From NCBI GenBank assembly GCA_951406725.2, contig OX597825.1, forward strand, positions 2,914,001 through 2,978,000: a DNA stretch of 64,000 bases, given 5' to 3'. The position numbers were made by a program, and so were the translations under genes. The notes beneath the pieces are model-generated. The model searched no databases, was not told the DNA's origin, and was given only the letters and a program-made list of their open reading frames with translations. Shown here one piece after another: positions 54,918 to 64,000 of the stretch. The first letter of the stretch is position 1, and the number at the start of each line of letters is the position of its first letter. Origin of the DNA: Octopus vulgaris. Lineage: Eukaryota.

Positions 54918-56679
54918 TATATAGATATAAATAAGGTACTCAGATATCTGGATGGTTTTATATTTACAAACTTTTATTAATATGTCACAGTTTTTTATAA
55001 ATCATATAATAGCGCTTGCATCTACTCTAGTAGAACCTCCAGATTTGAATGTGTTTGAGAGGATTCGTCTCTTTTTATAGTATTATTGAATGTGTAGCAG
55101 TGGGGATATAGGATAGTAAAAGAGGGGGACGAATTAGGAGAAAGTGAGAGAGAGTGTGTGAGTTTTTGTGTGTTTCTGTGTGTATATGTTTGTGTGTGTA
55201 TATGTGTGTGTGTGGCCGTGTGTGTGTGGGCGTATTATAACTCTGATCAAAAATGTTTGTCGTATTGCGTAGATAATACGATATAGTTACATAATCCATG
55301 ACGGATAATACGATATAGTTACATAATCCATCCCTTTTGAAGAGCATTTGGCTACTCTTTTCAGCAAGTTGAGTAATGATATCGAAGCTCCTGTTTTGGC
55401 TATTCCGTGTAAATGCTGTTTCAGTTTAACTTGTTGCCGTTGTTTATCTTGCTGATTATTTTATGATTCATTACTCTTTATTCAGCTGTCAAATTATGAA
55501 TTGATAGCTATGACAAACATCTATCAATATTAAGGATTAATAGGTTATATGTTTATTTATTTAATTCGCTGAGATATTATTCAAGAAACATGCACTGATT
55601 TTGCAGTCAATTCGTTTCAACGCAGAAAGATTCTCTTTCAAAGTGAGCGCATATTTTGTTATAATCAATAATTCCCTTGTCTGAAAGTAAGGGAAATTAC
55701 CAGTGTTCAACGTATACACGAAAGTTATGAGCGGCTAGAGCACAGTTTGAGACGGTTTCACACTTTGAGGGTTATACAAATATCACACAGGTGCGTCTTA
55801 TTGCTCTCCGTTCCAAAGGAACAGGTAGAAAATGTACACTTTATATACCAACAATATTTATGAGAAAAGAAATTTGGTTGTGTTTCTCTTGGTTCCTGTA
55901 GAGAAGCGCCATGCACTCATGGCACTTCTTTATAGATTAAGTATTGTCTAGATTAAATTTGCGAAACTTATCCCACATTAACCAAACTCAATGATGAACA
56001 GCTTTAGTGTTCTGGGAACCGTAGAATCAGCTTCGTCAACAATATCATCACTGAAAACGACGGCGTTCTTTTGTGGGGAGGAAAAGCGGTACATTTACTT
56101 ACGAATAAATATGTCTTTGGTAGAAGTTAAAAATAATTTAACGTAAGGACGGCTGACTAAACCATAGCTATGGAAAGAAAACGCGTAATATAGATCCTTG
56201 AGAAGTTTTCGTTGATCAGGAGATACGCCGATACCTAATATTATATCGTTATCATTATTTAATATCATCAACAAGGCCTGATCATACATTTCAGATGAAA
56301 TTAACTCCCACCAATTGCCTCATCTCTCTCTTGAGGGTTCTGTTGTTTTCTTCATATCAAAACACATCATAACATTCCCGTATAGAAAGTTGATGCTTGT
56401 TTACGAAATAATACCTAAATTGTCTTTATTATCTTTCTTTACTTTAGATTGATAAATAATTAATCAATAATTAAATAATAAGAAAGCAATTAAGAGTTAC
56501 TATTTTTATTTGTACTATATTGTATTTAACAAACAATTATTCTGATAGGTAAAGCTTGATCATTAATCAACGTCGTTGATTAATGAATATATATATATAT
56601 ATATATATATACAATTAGAATGCATAATTATTTAGCATGTGTATACTCCGTGCTGCCTAAATATGCATTAATCTTAGCG

Positions 56680-56749
56680 CCCTTACTGATGAAGCACGGG
56701 TGGCAAATTAATTTAGTTGCACATTAATGCAGAAACATGAGTCTAGAGG
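56680..56749 (+). ncRNA. Type I hammerhead motif, intact core
   Basis: ccctta-CTGATGA-agca...tgca-GAAA-catgag-TC-tagagg. Intact core with a GUC cleavage triplet; stems I and II are imperfect. Lies ~70 bp from a (TA)n run. Confidence 0.65.
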
Positions 56750-59434
56750 TAACTATAGAAATATTTTTATTTTTCATTGCCTTTGAAACTACTCTTATTC
56801 GTGGTTTGGTCTTTAACTACCCTTTCAAGCATGTGAGGTGTCCTGTTAAAGGTCACCTCTTGTGTGCATAAATACGTACACTATTTCATACATATGCATA
56901 TATATAGAACATCTCACTGTTATGCTTTTTGCTTCATAATACTTTTTACGAGAATGTTCCGTCTGGGTTTCTGTTTATTTTGTTTATCAAATTTATAATA
57001 GATTTTAAATGTCTACTGGGCCACTTGAGCACAGATCCTCGCTGAAATGTTTCTGCTATTGAATAGTGTTAATAGTTATGGTATGTAACGTAGAATTCAG
57101 TATAACTCGACAATCGATTAAGGATGTTTACCAATTTGTTAAACCACCGAGAAATAACTGAATGAGCCCTGTTTATATGTCTACTACATAGTCTACATAC
57201 ATTACACTGTCCCTGACACTGAACGTAATCAAACGTGATACGTCACCATTTCTTATTCTTTTAGTGTCCTCTTTATTTTCCATTCCAATTATATGTAAAA
57301 GTCTGGCCTTTCTTTTCTTCGTTTATTCGATTCCCTAGTCTACCGCTCAAATGTGCACCGTTTTAAGTGACATTTTCAAACTATACCTCTCAATTTATGC
57401 ATTTTTCTTTTGGATACTTTCGTCATCCTATCACCACTTGCTCCTTCGATGCGTGTCTTTACTTCAGTCGTCTCTTTTTCTCCAAAGCGAATTAGGCAAG
57501 CAACATCACTTTCCTCATCTATTGCCTGCACAACCTCCTCCTTTGTCATGATTTTCGATTCTGTATTATCCTATCTTACACATCCCTTCCGTTACGCTCT
57601 GTACATTATCTTGCGCTTTACACGCTCTCTCATAACTGCTACTCTCCATTTCACTCCCTCAGTAATCCAAACGTGTTTCTCCTTTGGCTCTCCTTCTTTT
57701 CTCCTCCACCTATCAATTTTTCTTAAATACCATTCACATATATTAATATATGCCAACGAGACTGAAGTACCTGCAAATATATTAATACTAATGCTGTGTA
57801 TTCGTGTTCATAGACTATACGTGCCTAAATGCAAGTAACATTTCGGAATGCCCATGTAGAACTAGAATCGTCTGACATTTGTTTGTTTTTCTAATAGCAT
57901 GCTAGGTTGATTTAAATATATAATAGTTTGTATCCTTCAGCGAGGAAAGTAGTACTTTGACACTTTCCTGTGCAGTTTGGCGACATTAACTATGAAATAA
58001 TTTTAAGCAGAAACCTATCAATACGCTTGTATGTTATGATCAATAAAAAAGGTTTCCTGTGTCAATAATATTATTGGTGTATAAATATCTCTTCATCTTT
58101 CTTGATTCTTCATCAAACGTTATTTTATCTCTCTCATCTATATAATTGTCACATCTCTTATCTGCGTAATGTTTTCATTCTGTTTTGCAGTGCTTATCAT
58201 TTTGCTCTTGATCATTCCTCCTAACAGGGATTATTAAGTCGTTATATTGCTTTCAATTATCATTTGATCTTTTTTATTTCAATTTCTACATAAGTATATC
58301 ACAATTAATCAATTAATTACACACACACACACATACACTTTTCAAGAGAGAGGAAAATACATCAATATACAGAGGTACAAAACGTGAGATTGGAATGGAA
58401 GTGATGATCTAATTATGGTTTACTGTTTACGGAATTTGCAGTAGTAATAGTGTTATAAGTAATACAGATATCATTATCCTGGCACTTATGCACCTACAAA
58501 AAACAAAAAAAGAACACTAACCGCTGCGACAAATATTGCTTTAACTGAAAATACCCGCTAAGCTAACACGGTAATAGTTATTGATTTGAACAAGAGTATC
58601 ACGTCTGAATATATATTAAAACAAATGTTTACAAAACTTCCCTTCGCAAGCTGTACTTCGTAGACCATTTCTAGCAAAAGAAAAAATTAAACATCCTTAT
58701 GAAGGACAGGGTAATAGCAACAGCAATGGCAACCTCAGCAGCAGTAAAATATACTTATCACGGTAAAATATGGGAGACGGAAAAACTCAGCGACAAACTG
58801 GACACTGCCTCGAAATACTCTCGAATAAAATTCTTCAATCTTAAGGGAATAAAATATGAAATAAAATGTACAAACCGATTCAGTGCCCACGGTTGTAAAA
58901 CAAAGTGACTGGCTATAGTTGAAATGGTATTGAATACATTTCTCCAAACGCTAGAATGAATTTGAATGACAATACCATCTTCAATTGTAACTTTATGTAG
59001 ACTTCTACATTTTCAGCTCCACCATAGTTGCCAGCGACGACGCTGATGTAATAAATCTCAGGAGAGCACTAAAGGATGGAAACAGCTCAGAACTTTTGTA
59101 ATGAGATGTGCTTAAAATACCCGAAACTTTTCATTGGTAATACTTTATAGTTTAGGAAGTATTCAATTTCTGATGTTATAACTTCATTTTTGTCAAATTC
59201 AAAAGCGTTCAGTTTAAAATACTCACATATCACCTGCTAAAATTAACGAGGTTACGCGTAAATCTTTCATTAACAAAAATCTTTCTTATATGCGTGGCTT
59301 CACACATGCACATATATGCGAACATATACAATGTTTCTCACTGACATGCATACACACACAGGCATGCATACATACATTGATATATATATATATGTATATA
59401 TATATATAGAGAGAGAGAGATATATGTGTGTACC

Positions 59435-59477
<43 letters not shown>

Positions 59478-59699
59478 ATATATACATATGGATAGATAGA
59501 GAGTTGTATGCACATACGTGTGTTAGCTTATGTCTATTTACGTATGCATACATGCATGTATGTGGGTATATATATATATATATATATATATGCGTATATA
59601 TATATACATATATAGACACAAATACATATACATATATTTTTACATATACGCATATATATGCATACATACATGACATATATATGCATGTATATATGTATG

Positions 59700-59808
<109 letters not shown>

Positions 59809-61199
59809 TCAAACACGCACACAATCGCACACACATATAAACTCGTAAACGTGTATAGCTCCGTATGTGAATTTATACTCTATGTGTTTAAAAGACCAGC
59901 CATTTCACTGATTAGCACATTGAGCTCCAACATCATTATTAACAAAAATAACAATTGTTATGCATTTATAAACACCAGCCAAGAAAGCCGTCATTCTGTC
60001 GACACCCTTATCAACACCGTTGTAATTATCAACACGTCTGAAGATACCGTAGGTTTTGATATCGATGATAGTTCCCGTGTACTAATCGACAGTAACAGAA
60101 GAACTAATAACATTGATATTTAGCGGACCGTAATGCAAGAAACTAAAGTCATGTAACCCCTAACAACAGAATATTTTAATGTTTCTGTAGTATTCAAATT
60201 GTTTCTGGTTATATCCTTTGTCGGTATTAAGGTTTATTGTGTCTGAATATCGCAGCTCTTTCCAATCAATGATTAAGAACTTGTAAATTGAAGGCATAAG
60301 TGGTTAGCTGGTTGGTAATCCCTGCGATCTTAATTGCTAGGAAGAAATGCATAGGCTAAATGAAGAGCGCTTCGTTTGGCTTGCTAGGAATTGAAAAGGA
60401 CTCAGTGACTGGATATTATATGAAACGAATCACTTCCAAGTAGCAGACGTTTGTGTAGCTGAGGAATAAAATGAAAAAAATAAACCGCTTCCTTGTAGGA
60501 CAAAAGCTGAGATATATCCGCGATTGGCTTTCTACCATTTAGTGTATTGAACATTTCTGAATGTGATCAGGCACGCCTATGTCTGAGCAGCGACAGTAGC
60601 ATCACTGTGGTCTTAGGTGTGAGAATAATATACTAGTTTGTGTTTTACCTGCGTTCAGTAGAAGTTTCAATAATTTTCGAGCAAATAAATTTCTCTACTG
60701 CTCAAGTGAAGCGTTGTAAAACGACCAAAAAGGAGGAAAGAGGAAGACAAAACAGTTATGTTACTCTCTCATTTTATGATATATCTTTATAAAGACTATA
60801 TTGATATGACTGGAACGAATGGAACAAATATGAAAATTATGAATTGTTACTAAAATCATCAACAACAACACTACATCAGCAGTAACGACAACAGCGTAGT
60901 CAGCTGTGTGAAACAACAACAGAAAAACCATTAAAAATAACAATTTTATCTTATATTACCTCCAGCGACAGAAACGTTATCAGTTCTTAAATACTCAGAT
61001 ATGAGAATAGCCCATCATTTCTACTTATAGCTATCTTAACCACCAAATAGTAGACATTTTGGTAAATACGTTGATCTGATTAGCATAATAATGCTCTAGG
61101 GACGCATAATTATCATAATTATTATTACAGGAATAGGGCAACTTGATAATTTTAAATGCAAACGAATATAAAAATATATATTTGTAATCGACGCTATGA

Positions 61200-61820
61200 A
61201 TAAAAAAATAAACCTCCGCTGGCCCAAAACTGAGGATTGGAGGATGTCAAAATCTCGCTGAATATATCTACAGAACGCGGTCAATTGCATTACTAAATGG
61301 ATTAGCCAATTACTGATGGCAATATTCTTTTGTGATGAGTGGTAGTGGCGGAGTCATGGGGACATTGAGATAAGAAATACTAATTTTTGGTAAAGTTATT
61401 TTGCAATTTGGCTACAGGGGAAAACAAATTAGTCACTAAGTCTATAGTCAAATAAAATCGACGTTTAGGAATATTTCTTTGAAACATGGTTTTGTAATAT
61501 GACTTAGAAAAGATGTAGCTACTGAAAAAGCAAAATAGTTCAAGGACAATTGAGCGTGTATTAGGAACACACTTGGAAAAACATCACAAACTGTACGCAA
61601 GATGCATAAAACGCATATAGAACGCTTGGTGATACATGGAACGTCCCAAGACGCCGTTGCAGGAATGCTATTCGTTGGATCTTACACAGTAGTGCAACAT
61701 GGTACCAAAACTGCCTTTCACGAAGCCAATATGTTAGTGAAATTTGGCTTATATTTAAGGAATTGGATGAATAAATGCAGGGTGTCTCATGTGAAACTCG
61801 GCTGATCAAGACACCTCTCT
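61200..61820 (+). mobile_element. Highly decayed CR1/L2-like RT remnant
   Basis: Motif echoes LQNAVNCITKW (cf. LQxDLxxLxxW) and MVPKLP after an LDLTQ segment (cf. LExVQRRATKLVPxL). Confidence 0.35.
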
Positions 61821-63603
61821 AAACATCTGTTCTCTGCGAATCACACCGCGAATTATATTGCAAAAGATATATTCAGTTATTTACAATATAATCCAATGTC
61901 TTTTGCAAGGTGGTTCATCGAACTATGGATTGATTGTTCATGTATTTTGATCACAGGAATTTCTGGTGTTTAGAGTCTCTCTAACTCAGATTCTCTCTCC
62001 TTCTCTGTCACTCTGTCTGGCTGTTTCTCTCTGTCTTTCTTCACACACACACACACACATGTGTACGCATTTGTATATATGTGTGTGTATGGTGCGATAT
62101 AATTACATAACAAAAATTACTTTTGAAAAAGACGGCCACCTTCCTAATAAGGCTTTGGAATGTTTTACTTATTATGGATGTCTAACTACTAAAGAACTAA
62201 CTAAAGAAAAAAATAACATTGATGTTAGCAGCAATATCTCAACGAAAACTTGTTGCCAGTCAATGTCATAGAGTTATACGTCACCTTAAATTCTGATATA
62301 ATTATCTCTTCATCTTTCTTTCATCTCGTTAAAATGTATTTTCTCTTCTTTCTTATAATTACCATAATCTATTTTCCGCTTTCATTTCTCTTCTTATAAT
62401 ACTGTAATTATTGAGAGGGCTTGCTATGTGATGATTTCGTTTTTTTTTTCTATATTCATTTGTTTCGGTCCTTTAAATAATTTGGCAAGTATTAAATATT
62501 TTTTCTATGATAAACACACGACCTTTTATTTTGAGAAAGAGAAGTACTCGATTACACCGACCTTCGAACTGAACTGCCAGTAATTTTATCAACCACAAAA
62601 GGCTGAGTGGATCTCGTCGGAATTTGATAAGAATTTATATAACATATAATAATTAATATTTGTCCTATGTGGACATTAAAAGTATCGGATGTAGTTGTAT
62701 AATTGAGAAAAAAGAAAACAGCCCCTTGTGTCATTCCTAATGTTGTTTCTAATTTGCGGGGAGGGGTAAAATCGATAATGTCAGCCGTATGGTTTAATTT
62801 GTACATTATATTATCAGGAGTGGATGAAGGAAAATCCATCGTTATCTTGGTGGGATTCGAAATAAGAACAGAAGAATGAAGAAACAGTTTTTTGTCAAAA
62901 ATGCTCTTATACATTGCCATCTTTCATCATAGTCACTAACCATGATTTATCATTTATTAACGAAGCTAACATTCATGAGAAGCGAGATCTAATCGAAGGC
63001 ATCAACCCGGCTTTTTGAATGGTGACTTATTTTATCGACCCGGGTTAATTGTAAGGCATAATTCATTTCGACTGAAAACATTTTTCCTACGCTTACTTGA
63101 TTCTGCAAGGTCCACAGCCCTTCATCACTAATAACAGAACCGACATTAAGAAAATCAAGAAAAGATATAAAAACATAAAATAAAATGAAAACATAACGCG
63201 CGCATTCATAACTAAAAACATAATAAAAAGCAGCATCTCGATCCTTGAAATGCTACCCTAGGCAAAATGGGTAAACTAAAACTAGAGGTAATATTTCCTA
63301 AATAGAGAAGCGGACTTCCTTGCCAAATCCTTTTATAGATTTAAATCTTAGCGATAGTCATCGTTGTCATCATCATCGTCATCACATGTCATTATCATTT
63401 GCAATGTTATTTGGGAGCCCATAACTTGATTTCGTTTTGACTTTCGCTTATTAGAATCAGCTGAGTTTAAACTCCTCACGCAAACACACAGAAACACATT
63501 CATTTATGCATATACATCTACATGTTCGACAGTACAAATGTCACTGTATATCTGTAAATGCTATACGTACGCACAAAGCCACAAGCACATACACAGAAAC
63601 ATC

Positions 63604-63677
<74 letters not shown>

Positions 63678-63849
63678 ATATGTTTACACACATATATATT
63701 AAGTTATGCATTTAATTATCAATACCCTACCCCTTATGCAGCTGCTTTTACTGACATCACCGGAAAACTCACTTTATTCATCAATGCCAATATATCACCA
63801 ATTTTACTAATGCTATCGACAACTCCTATAATGTTACCAACGACAGCTA

Positions 63850-63972
63850 TGATGTTACTCCTTTCTAACAGAATTCCAGCGTAGTTGACTTTGTGTTTGC
63901 TTATATTTCGGGGTCGATAGAATATGTACGTTTTCAGTACTTGTGTTGTTGTAATCAATTTAACTCTTCCCA
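63850..63972 (+). mobile_element. Decayed SINE (Nin/Inv-like core family)
   Basis: gttgactttgtgtttgcttatatttcggggtcgatagaatatgtac resembles the core of the 8046-8279 copy. A minus-strand relic lies at ~62975-63115. Confidence 0.55.
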
Positions 63973-64000
63973 CGAACTTAATGACATGTTGCCAACATTT

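Noticed and set aside
57180-57760. Possible RTE LINE 3' remnant on the minus strand; similar hints at 43400-43800 and 60270-60600
   Set aside because: Motif echoes are too decayed to support without a profile search.
62552-62920. 122-aa minus-strand ORF, and the 106-aa ORF at 34080-34400
   Set aside because: No recognisable domain and no splice context; these lengths are compatible with chance.

Overview
AT-rich, microsatellite-dense, non-coding eukaryotic DNA (intergenic or a large intron). The SINE and repeat repertoire looks cephalopod, most likely Octopus; this is an inference from recognised repeat types, not a database match. No intact host gene is supportable, and almost all listed ORFs are translations of (TA)n/(GT)n/(AAT)n repeats. 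The window is a patchwork of decayed mobile elements: three mariner remnants, one Tc1-like remnant, a non-autonomous Helitron, CR1 LINE fragments, a nest of R4/Dong-like LINE pieces in (TAA)n, Penelope-like element (PLE) ORF remnants and about a dozen tRNA-derived SINEs. The most interesting signal is about a dozen minimal type I hammerhead ribozyme motifs, ranging from intact to decayed. They sit in short, mutually dissimilar inserts, often at (TA)n arrays. Three such loci are long fold-back inverted repeats of different ages (9.7, 24.2 and 27.7 kb). One candidate 29-nt micro-exon with a downstream Rbfox motif was also noted. All folds and alignments were made by eye.
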